This document shows positions 8,763 through 19,228 of a stretch of 32,000 nucleotides of DNA, in pieces. Numbering within the stretch: position 1 is the stretch's first letter; each line of letters starts with the position of its first letter. Source of the DNA: Desulfurobacterium sp. TC5-1 (lineage in GTDB: Bacteria; Aquificota; Aquificia; Desulfurobacteriales; Desulfurobacteriaceae); assembly GCF_000421485.1 (NCBI RefSeq), contig NZ_ATXC01000001.1:891087-923086 (forward strand). Reading direction: 5' to 3'. The position numbers were made by a program, and so were the translations under genes. The notes below the pieces were generated by a model. The model did no database searches and had not been told where the DNA came from. It was given only the letters and a program-made list of their open reading frames with translations.

Positions 8763-9642
8763 CTTTTATCACCCTTTCGTAAATTATTCCTTCTCTGATA
8801 CCGTATTTTGAAATTACAAGCTCTTTACAATTAAATATATCCATAATCTGCAAAGCAACCACGGAAGCCGTTAAGACCGTTTTCGTTCTCTCAATGGAAA
8901 TCTTGTATTTAAAGGCGAGCTCTGCAGGAGACAATTTTTTTATTTCCTTCACAGCATCTTTTAAAAGTTTCTTTTTTACTTTTCTTTTTCCTGTTATTTT
9001 TTTTATCGCCCTTATGCTTCCGCCAATCCCGACAAGCCTTGATGATTCTCCAAAAAGGCTTTTATCTGGCGCAACGCCTCTTTTAACCTTTTCTCTTATA
9101 CATTTAATATCATACTTTCCGGTTTCTTGAGAGAGGCAGTCCTTAAATTCAAGTGTTCCAAGGGGATAACTTTTGCACCTTTCTATATGGCGATTTTTTA
9201 TTCTGCAGAGTTCAAGACTTCCACCGCCTATATCAAACGTGAGAAAAGTTTTATACTTAACATCAGCAAGTGCACCAAGAGTTGAATAGTAAGCCTCTGC
9301 CTCTCCCGAAAGAATCTCTATGTCAAACAGGTCTTTCATCCTTTCAAGAAATTCCTGACGATTCTTTATCTCTCTTATAACAAAAGTGGCAAAAGCTATA
9401 GTCTCATCCGGCTGGAAAAAAGAAATTTTCTCTTTAAAAGATTCAAGGGCAATACGTGCTTTTAAAAAGCCTTCTTCTGTAAGATAGCCACTTTCATCAA
9501 CACAATTAAGGAGCCGGGCATAAACCGACTCCTTGTAAACCTCCTTAAACTTCTTCTTCCCAACATCAACTCTATAAACGGCAAGTTTTATAGTGTTTGA
9601 ACCTATATCAATAACAGCTACACTTTTCAAATCATCATCCAT
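8698..9642 (-). CDS. ppx: Ppx/GppA-family phosphatase (short, about 310-aa form)
   Basis: ASKHA-fold phosphate-1 motif VAVIDIGSNTIKLAVY and a second motif LTFDIGGGSLEL. The size matches the two-domain Ppx/GppA enzymes of thermophiles. Confidence 0.85.
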   Translation of the reverse strand: MDDDLKSVAVIDIGSNTIKLAVYRVDVGKKKFKEVYKESVYARLLNCVDESGYLTEEGFLKARIALESFKEKISFFQPDETIAFATFVIREIKNRQEFLERMKDLFDIEILSGEAEAYYSTLGALADVKYKTFLTFDIGGGSLELCRIKNRHIERCKSYPLGTLEFKDCLSQETGKYDIKCIREKVKRGVAPDKSLFGESSRLVGIGGSIRAIKKITGKRKVKKKLLKDAVKEIKKLSPAELAFKYKISIERTKTVLTASVVALQIMDIFNCKELVISKYGIREGIIYERVIKGEKRNRPVKSEVTDKQGVKLA

Positions 9643-10564
9643 TCAGGTATTTAAGGCACTCTTCTACTTCCCATCTACTACCAAGAATAACAGGAACTCT
9701 TTGATGGAGCTCCTGAGGAACAACATCAAGTATCGGTTCTCTGCCGGTCGTTGCTAATCCACCGGCATTTTCAACTATAAAGGACATAGGATTAGCCTCA
9801 TAAAGAAGTCTCAGCTTTCCATTCCTGTTTTTAACATCGGCAGGATAGATAAATATACCGCCTTTAAAAAGCGTCCTGTGAACGTCGGCAACCATTGAAC
9901 CAACATATCTTAAAGTATATTTCTGATTTTTAAGAGAATCTATAAACTTTCTCAGGCCATCTTCTGTCCACTTGTGGTAGTTTGCTTCGTTTATTGAGTA
10001 AATTTTTCCCTTTTCAGGCATTCTAAAGTTATCCTTAACAAGGATAAAGTTACCACTTTCAGGATCAAGGCAGAAAACAGAAACGGAACCTTTAAAGGCA
10101 AGGACAAGCATCGTACTTGGTCCATATATAACGTAACCGGCCGCTATCTGTTCCCTTCCCGGCTTTTTAACATCTTCCTTCTGAATGGAAAAGATAGTGC
10201 CTATGCTAACGTTAACATCAATGTTTGAAGAACCGTCAAGAGGATCAAAAGCTATGGAATAGCCGGTATCCGAAAGGACAAGGCAGTCTTCAACCTCTTC
10301 AGAGGCAAGCATGCACGCCTTTCCCGTACATTTAAGCGTTTCAAGAATAATCTCGTTGGCAAGCTCGTCAAGTTTCTGAACCTCTTCACCCTGAACGTTA
10401 GTTTTTTGAGCCGAACCAAGAATGTCAAGCAGTGCCGCCTTCCTCACCTTTCCTGAAATGGTCTTTGCCGCAGAGGCTATTTCGTTAACTACCAAAACAA
10501 GGTTGTCGTCTATAGCCGGGTTTTCAACAGCTTTCTGAAACAGGTAAGTTGTTAAAGGAATCAT
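9635..10564 (-). CDS. fbp: Fructose-1,6-bisphosphatase, class 1
   Basis: Metal-site motifs EEVQKLDELAN and DPLDGSSNID, and the C-terminal RYVGSMVADVHRTLFKGGIFIYP signature. Confidence 0.9.
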   Translation of the reverse strand: MIPLTTYLFQKAVENPAIDDNLVLVVNEIASAAKTISGKVRKAALLDILGSAQKTNVQGEEVQKLDELANEIILETLKCTGKACMLASEEVEDCLVLSDTGYSIAFDPLDGSSNIDVNVSIGTIFSIQKEDVKKPGREQIAAGYVIYGPSTMLVLAFKGSVSVFCLDPESGNFILVKDNFRMPEKGKIYSINEANYHKWTEDGLRKFIDSLKNQKYTLRYVGSMVADVHRTLFKGGIFIYPADVKNRNGKLRLLYEANPMSFIVENAGGLATTGREPILDVVPQELHQRVPVILGSRWEVEECLKYLNG

Positions 10565-10575
10565 AGCTACCTCCG

Positions 10576-11289
10576 CTAAATCTTTTTGAGCGTCTCCGTA
10601 AACGCCTCTTTAATCTCATCCTGATCAAGCTCGAAATTAGCCCTCTCTTTACTATCTACTACCGCAATAATAGCCGATTCTGAACTTAAATTGTAAACAG
10701 CGTAGATAAACTTCACGCCCATATTAATAATCATATCCACAAAGGTATCACCACAAATAGCCAGCACAGATTCTGTAAACACATCAAAAGAATCCTTCAG
10801 GTTAATTGAAATATCCTCAACACTACCCTCTATTTTAAAAACGCCGTCCTTGTCAAAAAGAAAGATTGCATCAATGGCACCCTCTGAAAAAATACGAGAA
10901 CAGGTCTCTAAAAGTTCTTTAAAATTTGAAACGGAAGGTTTTTCTCCGGATTTTATCTTGGAAAGGTTCGCCATAACCTCCTGAACTGCCTCTCTCTCTA
11001 TTTGAAGATTTTCAAAAATAGACATAAGCTTCGAAAAATCACAATCAATGTTTTCATCAACTCTACCTTTAAGGGGCTGCAGATCGAGGCTTTGAACAAT
11101 GTCTGCTTCTTTTATTATTTCTTTCAACGCTTCTTCACCAACAAGGTCTTCAACTGCATCTGAATACTTTACAGATACGATAGAACCATTCTTTACAGCA
11201 ATAGTACCTTTACCGTTAGCAGTCTTAAGATAAATCTGCCAGCTCCCGCCAGTCCCTATAAGACCGAAGAGTATCTCTTCAAGTTTCAT
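10576..11289 (-). CDS. Uncharacterised protein: DUF4388-like N-terminal region plus a Roadblock/LC7-like C-terminal half (assigned by eye)
   Basis: The N-terminal pattern LEEILFGLIGTGGSWQIYL...GTIAVKNGSIVSV...GEEALKEII resembles DUF4388. The C-terminal half shows an alpha-beta-beta-alpha-beta-beta-alpha periodicity (AIDAIFLFDKDGVFKIEG ... FIYAVYNL ... AIIAVVD). Its ATG lies inside the last codons of the upstream gene (11-nt overlap). Confidence 0.5.
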   Translation of the reverse strand: MKLEEILFGLIGTGGSWQIYLKTANGKGTIAVKNGSIVSVKYSDAVEDLVGEEALKEIIKEADIVQSLDLQPLKGRVDENIDCDFSKLMSIFENLQIEREAVQEVMANLSKIKSGEKPSVSNFKELLETCSRIFSEGAIDAIFLFDKDGVFKIEGSVEDISINLKDSFDVFTESVLAICGDTFVDMIINMGVKFIYAVYNLSSESAIIAVVDSKERANFELDQDEIKEAFTETLKKI

Positions 11290-11776
11290 TTCGCTCTTTC
11301 CTCTTCTCTAAAATAGTTTCAAGCTCTCCGGCAACAGACTTTAACCAGAAAGAAAGCTTGGTCATCATCTTATCGGTGGAGAAGTTTGAGGAAGTCGCTG
11401 TCGGGTCACATATCCATATAAGATATATGTCAAAATCCAAACAAGCTCTTTTTAAAATAAAAATTTCTTCCATCGATTCGGTTCTATAAGCAACAACTTC
11501 TGGCAATTTAAAAGGCCTATCTTTAAAAGAAGCATTGGATTTTTCATGAAACTTTAAAATGGTATCGTAAATTCTAACGCAATAAGGGAAAAGCCTCTCT
11601 ATTTTATAGTAAGGATTTTTCACTTTTGAATAAATAGTAAGGCCTTCTGAGGAAACAATTGCGTGACCTATCCATTCACCTGTCTCTATTTCTTCAGATT
11701 TTTTTTCAAAAAGCTCCGCAATGGTTTTTATCTTTTTTTCCTCAACATTGAAAAATTTTTTTAGAAAACCAAACAT
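11279..11776 (-). CDS. Uncharacterised small protein, Roadblock/LC7-like fold suggested
   Basis: The coding-like ORF has a GGAGAGGAG SD 5 nt upstream of ATG 11776. The track start TTG 11821 has no SD. The pattern helix, WIGHAIVSSEGLTIYS, helix, EVVAYRT..IFILK, IYLIWICD, helix fits a Roadblock topology. No catalytic motif was recognised. Confidence 0.5.
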   Translation of the reverse strand: MFGFLKKFFNVEEKKIKTIAELFEKKSEEIETGEWIGHAIVSSEGLTIYSKVKNPYYKIERLFPYCVRIYDTILKFHEKSNASFKDRPFKLPEVVAYRTESMEEIFILKRACLDFDIYLIWICDPTATSSNFSTDKMMTKLSFWLKSVAGELETILEKRKERNET

Positions 11777-11851
11777 AAATACTCCTCTCCGTTTTTTATT
11801 TTCATCGTTAAACATCAACAAGAAGTTTTCTAAGATTCCACTATACGCAAA

Positions 11852-12274
11852 TTATAGCATTAATAATTTCTTAAGAAAATCTCTCCAGTTACCTCCCGGT
11901 ATCTCAATGTAACTTTTACTATCAACGAAGCAGGGATTCAGAATATAGACCCATGCATCTACAAAATCACCATAGGGCAAAAGCCTGACAGGTCTTATAG
12001 TCCTTATGTAAAGACTTCTCTCCGGGAAAGCCTCAAAAAAATCTTCAAAAAAATCTATGGCTTTCAGAGTTAGGGTATCCACCTGGTACAGTTCACCAAA
12101 CACTCTACCATCTCCATCAACAACCGCAGGATAACCGTCGTCAAGATGCAACAATCGTGCACCGTACAAAACACCGTATCCAATAAACTGATTGTCAGAG
12201 AGAAAAACGTTAGCTGAGAACCCGGACATAAGCGTTCCATAAACAAACAGGAGCTGGAACATCCCATTCCCCAT
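11852..12274 (-). CDS. Gamma-glutamylcyclotransferase family (AIG2/GGACT-like) protein
   Basis: N-terminal LFVYGTLMSG motif (YGTL signature of the GGCT fold) and a size of 140 aa. An alternative ATG lies at 12262. Confidence 0.7.
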   Translation of the reverse strand: MGNGMFQLLFVYGTLMSGFSANVFLSDNQFIGYGVLYGARLLHLDDGYPAVVDGDGRVFGELYQVDTLTLKAIDFFEDFFEAFPERSLYIRTIRPVRLLPYGDFVDAWVYILNPCFVDSKSYIEIPGGNWRDFLKKLLML

Positions 12275-12293
12275 TAATTAAATTGCATTTTCT

Positions 12294-12322
12294 ATTTTAC
12301 TCCCATAGCATAAGAGACTCAA
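12294..12322 (-). promoter_or_regulatory. Candidate sigma70-type promoter for the GGCT-to-methyltransferase operon
   Basis: On the minus strand: TTGAGT (12322..12317), exact 17-nt spacer, TAAAAT (12299..12294). It lies just downstream of the atp terminator and 19 nt upstream of ATG 12274. Confidence 0.5.
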
Positions 12323-12366
12323 GAGAAAAAAAGCAAATAACTACCCTTATGTGACCAAAATTAAAA

Positions 12367-12390
12367 GGCCCCACACAATTGTGTGGGGCC
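12367..12390 (-). terminator. Rho-independent terminator of the atp operon
   Basis: GGCCCCACAC, loop AATT, GTGTGGGGCC: a perfect 10-bp GC-rich stem. On the minus strand it is followed by TTTTAATTTTGG. It lies 30 nt after the atpC stop. Confidence 0.9.
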
Positions 12391-12419
12391 CCAGAGCTTA
12401 AAAATCACTAATATGAAGC

Positions 12420-12854
12420 TTACCGGTTAAAGGAAAGCTTTCTTAAAAGGTAAGTCTTCTTCTCTATCTCCCTTTCAAGCTTGACCTTTTTATCTACTTC
12501 TTCTTCGGGAAGATTCCTAAGCTCTTCCTCAAGTTCTCTTATCTCCTTCTCCACATCCTCGGTTGCTATCTCTCCAGGACGAAAGATGTCCCTTACGGCA
12601 ATCAAAACCTGATCCTGCTCAATTTCAAGAAATCCATCGTAAGCGTAACATTTTTCCTCTTTACCGTCGGGTGTAATGAAGGTAACTGCCGCTGCGGCAA
12701 ATCTATAAAACTCAGGCTGGTGTCCGGGAAGAACACCAACCACTGAATTATCCATATCCACATATACTTCTTTAGCAATACCGGATATGTGTTTGCCCGT
12801 CAGAGATGCTATACGAACCTCTACCGCCGTTAATATGTTTTTAGCAGCCATCAA
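12420..12854 (-). CDS. atpC: F1 ATP synthase subunit epsilon
   Basis: The VLPGHQP motif, a beta-sandwich followed by a C-terminal helical hairpin rich in E/K, and a position directly after atpD. Confidence 0.9.
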   Translation of the reverse strand: MMAAKNILTAVEVRIASLTGKHISGIAKEVYVDMDNSVVGVLPGHQPEFYRFAAAAVTFITPDGKEEKCYAYDGFLEIEQDQVLIAVRDIFRPGEIATEDVEKEIRELEEELRNLPEEEVDKKVKLEREIEKKTYLLRKLSFNR

Positions 12855-12866
12855 TCAGCTCCTTAT

Positions 12867-15187
<2,321 letters not shown>

Positions 15188-15201
15188 TGTTATACCCTCT
15201 C

Positions 15202-16710
15202 TTAGGCTTCAAAGGTCTCCTTGAACTTCTTCACAGCATCATGGAGTTTCTTCTCAAGCTCTTCATCAATCTTCTTCTTCTCAAGAATTTCACTGAGAAT
15301 CTCAGGATGCTCAGCGTCCATGAAAGCGTAAAGCTCTCTTTCAAACTTCGTAACGCTTTCCACTGGAATGTCATCAATGTAACCGTTGATAGCTGCAAAG
15401 AAGGCAACAATTTGCTTTTCAACAGGAATAGGGCTGTAAGGAGGCTGCTTGAGAAGCTCCATCATCCTTCTTCCACGCTCAAGCTGTGCTCTCGTGGCAG
15501 GGTCAAGGTCTGAAGCGAACTGAGAAAAAGCTTCAAGCTCTCTGTATCTTGCAAGCTCAAGACGGAGCTTACCGGCAACCTGCTTCATAGCTTTAATCTG
15601 GGCAGCACCACCAACCCTTGAAACGGACAGACCAACGTTAATAGCCGGTCTCTGTCCCTTGTAGAATAGGTTCGTTTCAAGAAAGATCTGACCATCAGTA
15701 ATAGAGATAACGTTTGTCGGAATGTACGCTGAAATGTCACCGGCTTTTGTTTCAATAATTGGAAGAGCTGTAAGAGAGCCTGCACCAAGATCATCGTTAA
15801 GCTTAGCAGCTCTTTCAAGAAGCCTTGAGTGGAGGTAGAAAACATCACCAGGATAAGCCTCACGACCTGGAGGACGTCTCAAAAGAAGTGACATTTCTCT
15901 ATATGCAACTGCCTGCTTTGAAAGATCATCATATATGATAAGAGCAGCTCTCCCTGTATCTCTAAAGTATTCAGCGATTGTTACCGCTGTAAATGGTGCA
16001 AGATACTGAAGTGCAGCCGGCTCTGATGCTGTAGCAGATACGACAATTGTGTAATCAAGAGCACCAAATCTTCTGAGAAGCTCTATTGTCTGAGCAACCG
16101 TTGATCTTTTCTGTCCTACAGCACAGTAAACACAGATAACGTTCTCTCTTTTCTGGTTAAGAATTGTATCTATCGCAACAGTTGTTTTACCTGTCTGTCT
16201 GTCACCAATGATAAGCTCCCTCTGTCCTCTACCGATAGGAATGAGGGCATCGATAGCTTTAATACCTGTCTGAAGAGGCTCATGAACCGGTTTTCTTGTA
16301 ACGATACCCGGTGCAATCCTTTCAACTGCTCTTCTTTCTGCATAGTCTATATCGCCCTTTCCATCTATTGGATTACCAAGAGCATCAACCACCCTTCCTA
16401 TAAGAGCATCACCGACAGGAACGTCAAGTATCCTACCTGTTCTCTTTACTTTTCCACCCTCAACAATTCCCTTTCCTTCACCTAAAAGAACGATACCTAC
16501 GTTGTCCTCTTCAAGGTTAAAAGCAACTCCTTCTGTGCCGTCTTCAAACTCAACAACCTCTCCGTACTCTACGTCCTCAAGTCCGTAAACCCTCGCAACA
16601 CCGTCACCAACTTTAATAACAATACCGGTTTCTTCAAACTTTATGGAGTACTCAAACTCTTCAATCTGCTTCTTTATTAATTCTAAAACCTCTTCTGCTC
16701 TCACCTGCAT
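15202..16710 (-). CDS. atpA: F1 ATP synthase subunit alpha
   Basis: P-loop GDRQTGKT and alpha-specific motifs ([25 protein letters not shown]). Confidence 0.97.
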   Translation of the reverse strand: MQVRAEEVLELIKKQIEEFEYSIKFEETGIVIKVGDGVARVYGLEDVEYGEVVEFEDGTEGVAFNLEEDNVGIVLLGEGKGIVEGGKVKRTGRILDVPVGDALIGRVVDALGNPIDGKGDIDYAERRAVERIAPGIVTRKPVHEPLQTGIKAIDALIPIGRGQRELIIGDRQTGKTTVAIDTILNQKRENVICVYCAVGQKRSTVAQTIELLRRFGALDYTIVVSATASEPAALQYLAPFTAVTIAEYFRDTGRAALIIYDDLSKQAVAYREMSLLLRRPPGREAYPGDVFYLHSRLLERAAKLNDDLGAGSLTALPIIETKAGDISAYIPTNVISITDGQIFLETNLFYKGQRPAINVGLSVSRVGGAAQIKAMKQVAGKLRLELARYRELEAFSQFASDLDPATRAQLERGRRMMELLKQPPYSPIPVEKQIVAFFAAINGYIDDIPVESVTKFERELYAFMDAEHPEILSEILEKKKIDEELEKKLHDAVKKFKETFEA

Positions 16711-16727
16711 CCCTTCACCTCTCTATC

Positions 16728-17261
16728 TTATTCTGCAAGTTCTTTTTTCAGGTTTTCAAGCTGAGTCTTTATGGAAGCGTCGATAACCCTGTCACCAACT
16801 TTTACGATAAAGCCACCTATAATTGAAGGGTCAACAACAACTTCAAGGCCAACTTTTTTCCCTGAAAGTTTTTCCACCTGCTTTTTAACGAATCTGATTG
16901 TTTCCTTATCAAGTTTTGTTGTACTTATAAGCTCACCCTGAACTCTTCCAAGAATGAAATCAACGTACTTCTTAAACTCTTTTTCTACTAATTTGATGAG
17001 ATGGAAATGTCCTTTCTCGGCCATTTCAAGAAGCACTTCTTTAAGTTCGATGGTTACATCAATTTTATCCAGAATCTTTTTAACAAACTCAAACTTCTCT
17101 TTCCTGTCAACTGCAGGACTTGCAAGATACTTTATGGCTTTTTCATCAAAAAGAGAGGCAACTTCGTAAAGCTCTTCGTGTACTTCCTCAAGCTCCTGCT
17201 TTGAAAGCTTATTCACAAGCTCTTTAGCGTACTTTTTAGCCGTTCTCACATCCTTTTTCAA
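16728..17261 (-). CDS. atpH: F1 ATP synthase subunit delta (OSCP)
   Basis: 177 aa, located between atpF and atpA, with the C-terminal GGFIVKVGDRVIDASIKTQL signature. Confidence 0.9.
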   Translation of the reverse strand: MKKDVRTAKKYAKELVNKLSKQELEEVHEELYEVASLFDEKAIKYLASPAVDRKEKFEFVKKILDKIDVTIELKEVLLEMAEKGHFHLIKLVEKEFKKYVDFILGRVQGELISTTKLDKETIRFVKKQVEKLSGKKVGLEVVVDPSIIGGFIVKVGDRVIDASIKTQLENLKKELAE

Positions 17262-17740
17262 AGCACTCCCTCCTTAGCGATTTGGGAAAGGCTTGTTTTG
17301 ATAACTTTCTTGTTGAACTCTTCGTCAACCTGACCTTTAATCTTTTCTTTAGCAAGTTCCACAGCCTGAGCAGCGGCGTAAACCTGAAGCTCCTTTTTAG
17401 CTTTAAGAACTTCCCTTTCAATCTCTTCATCGGCAGCAGATAGAATTCTTTCTGCCATCTCTTTCGCTTCGGCAACCATCTGAGCTTTCTGCTTTTCTGC
17501 AACCTCTTCAGCGTGTTTAATAATCTCCTCGGCTTCTGCCTTAGCCTCTTTTGCTTTCTTTTCCGCTTCCTTTAAAAGCTTAAGCGCTTCCTCTTTCTCT
17601 TTCTGGGCAGCCTCAAACTTACCAATAACACCATTAATACCCTCTGTAAGCATATTACCAACGGGTTTCTTCAAAACTTTATAAAGGAGCGCCACAAGAA
17701 TGATGGTGTTAATCGTCCTCCACATAAGCATAGAATCCAT
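17258..17740 (-). CDS. atpF: Fo ATP synthase subunit b
   Basis: A single N-terminal TM helix (INTIILVALLYKVL) followed by a long A/E/K-rich helix. It overlaps atpH by 4 nt. Confidence 0.85.
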   Translation of the reverse strand: MDSMLMWRTINTIILVALLYKVLKKPVGNMLTEGINGVIGKFEAAQKEKEEALKLLKEAEKKAKEAKAEAEEIIKHAEEVAEKQKAQMVAEAKEMAERILSAADEEIEREVLKAKKELQVYAAAQAVELAKEKIKGQVDEEFNKKVIKTSLSQIAKEGVL

Positions 17741-17751
17741 TCTAAACCCCC

Positions 17752-18189
17752 TTAAGCCGCTTTCTTGAGAAGCTTCTCAACAATTTCACTGGCAATTTCA
17801 TCAACTCTTTCAGCAAGCTTTTCTTTCTCCTGCTCGAAAGAGGCCCAAATCTCAGCTTTAGCTTTTTCAACCTTGGCCTGCATTTCTTCCTGAGCTTTCG
17901 CAATTATCTTTTCTTTCTCTTCCTTCGCCTCTTTAAGAGCAGCGTTGAGAATTTCTTTCGCTTTCTCTCTCGCTTCAGCTATTACGGCCTGATACTCTTG
18001 CAGGAATTTCTCTGCGTTCTTCCGCAACTCTTCCGCTTCGATTTTCAGGACATTAAGCTCTTCATCCCTTTTAGCAAGATGGGTGATCATAGGTTTAAAC
18101 AGGACTTTGTCCATAATCACCATAAAAACAAGAAAGTTGATCATCTGGATGATGACCGTGGCGTTGAGACTTACAATATTTCCTTCCAT
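17752..18189 (-). CDS. atpF2: Fo ATP synthase second b-type subunit (b-prime / b2)
   Basis: Same architecture as subunit b (TM helix VIIQMINFLVFMVIM plus a long charged helix), located immediately upstream of atpF. Confidence 0.8.
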   Translation of the reverse strand: MEGNIVSLNATVIIQMINFLVFMVIMDKVLFKPMITHLAKRDEELNVLKIEAEELRKNAEKFLQEYQAVIAEAREKAKEILNAALKEAKEEKEKIIAKAQEEMQAKVEKAKAEIWASFEQEKEKLAERVDEIASEIVEKLLKKAA

Positions 18190-18202
18190 AGCCTAACCCC
18201 TC

Positions 18203-19228
18203 TCACAGTGTAGTTATCTCTCCTCCTCCAAGGAGTGTGTTACCGCTGTAAAAGGCACACACCTGCCCCGGAGTAGGTGCCTCTAAACTCGCCTGTAATT
18301 TTACAAAAATTCTGCCATTTTTCAATAGTATAAACTCTTTAACTGCCGCCGTTTTACCTCTGTGTCTCACCTGAACCTCAACAGGTCTGTCTCTAAACTT
18401 CTCTGGCGAAACCTGCCAGACAGTATCTTTTACATAAAAACTGTCTTTCAAAAGTTCGTCCTTCGAACCAAGTATTATTTTATTGTTTTCAACATCAATT
18501 TTTAAAACATATAGAGGATGCCTATAAGAGATGCCAAGCCCTCTCCTTTGACCAACGGTGTATCTGTAAAAAGCGTTAAACTTTCCTATCTCGGTACCAT
18601 CAGAAAGAACAAAAATACCCTTCTTTTTTCCTATATGCTTTCGCAGAAAGGAATAGAGACTCCCCTTTATAAAACAGATATCCTGACTTTCACCACTGAA
18701 ATTAAACCCAAGAGACTCCGCACCATTTATAACTTCATTTTTCGTCAAATTCTCAAGTGGTAGAATCAATCTATCAACAATATCCCTACTCACCATTGAA
18801 AGGAAGTAAGACTGCTCTTTATTCCTCTCCACTCCTCTAACGATAACCTTCTGAGAAAAATCCGCCGAATAGACACACCTTGCATAATGACCGGTAGCGA
18901 CCAACGGAATTCCCGTCTTTAATGAAAGTTCATAGAGTTTTTTCATCTTTATTTCTCGGTTACAAACAACGCACGGGTTTGGCGTAATTCCTTTCCTGTA
19001 AGAATTGATAAAGTAGTCAACAACAACTTTCCTAAAAAGCTCTCTATAATCAATGACCGTTAACTTCAATCCAAGAAGTTCTGCGCTCTTTTCTGCCTTT
19101 TTAATATCTTCTTTCCCTGAAAGACGGAAAAGGACGGGAAAAACTTTAAATCCCTGCTGCTTTAAAAGGTAAGCCGAGTAAAAACTATCAACGCCACCGC
19201 TAAAACCCAAAATAACTTCTTTTTCCAT
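18203..19228 (-). CDS. mnmA: tRNA 2-thiouridine(34) synthase MnmA
   Basis: PP-loop GFSGGVDS and catalytic cysteine contexts NPCVVCNREIK and QDICFI. I prefer ATG 19228 (SD GGAGAGG upstream) over the TTG at 19231. The ATG shares one nucleotide with the rgy TGA. Confidence 0.9.
   Translation of the reverse strand: MEKEVILGFSGGVDSFYSAYLLKQQGFKVFPVLFRLSGKEDIKKAEKSAELLGLKLTVIDYRELFRKVVVDYFINSYRKGITPNPCVVCNREIKMKKLYELSLKTGIPLVATGHYARCVYSADFSQKVIVRGVERNKEQSYFLSMVSRDIVDRLILPLENLTKNEVINGAESLGFNFSGESQDICFIKGSLYSFLRKHIGKKKGIFVLSDGTEIGKFNAFYRYTVGQRRGLGISYRHPLYVLKIDVENNKIILGSKDELLKDSFYVKDTVWQVSPEKFRDRPVEVQVRHRGKTAAVKEFILLKNGRIFVKLQASLEAPTPGQVCAFYSGNTLLGGGEITTL

Noticed and set aside
17236-17502. 88-aa minus-strand ORF overlapping atpF and atpH
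   Set aside because: It is an alternative frame of the K/E-rich atpF coding region and gives an R/K-rich artefact.
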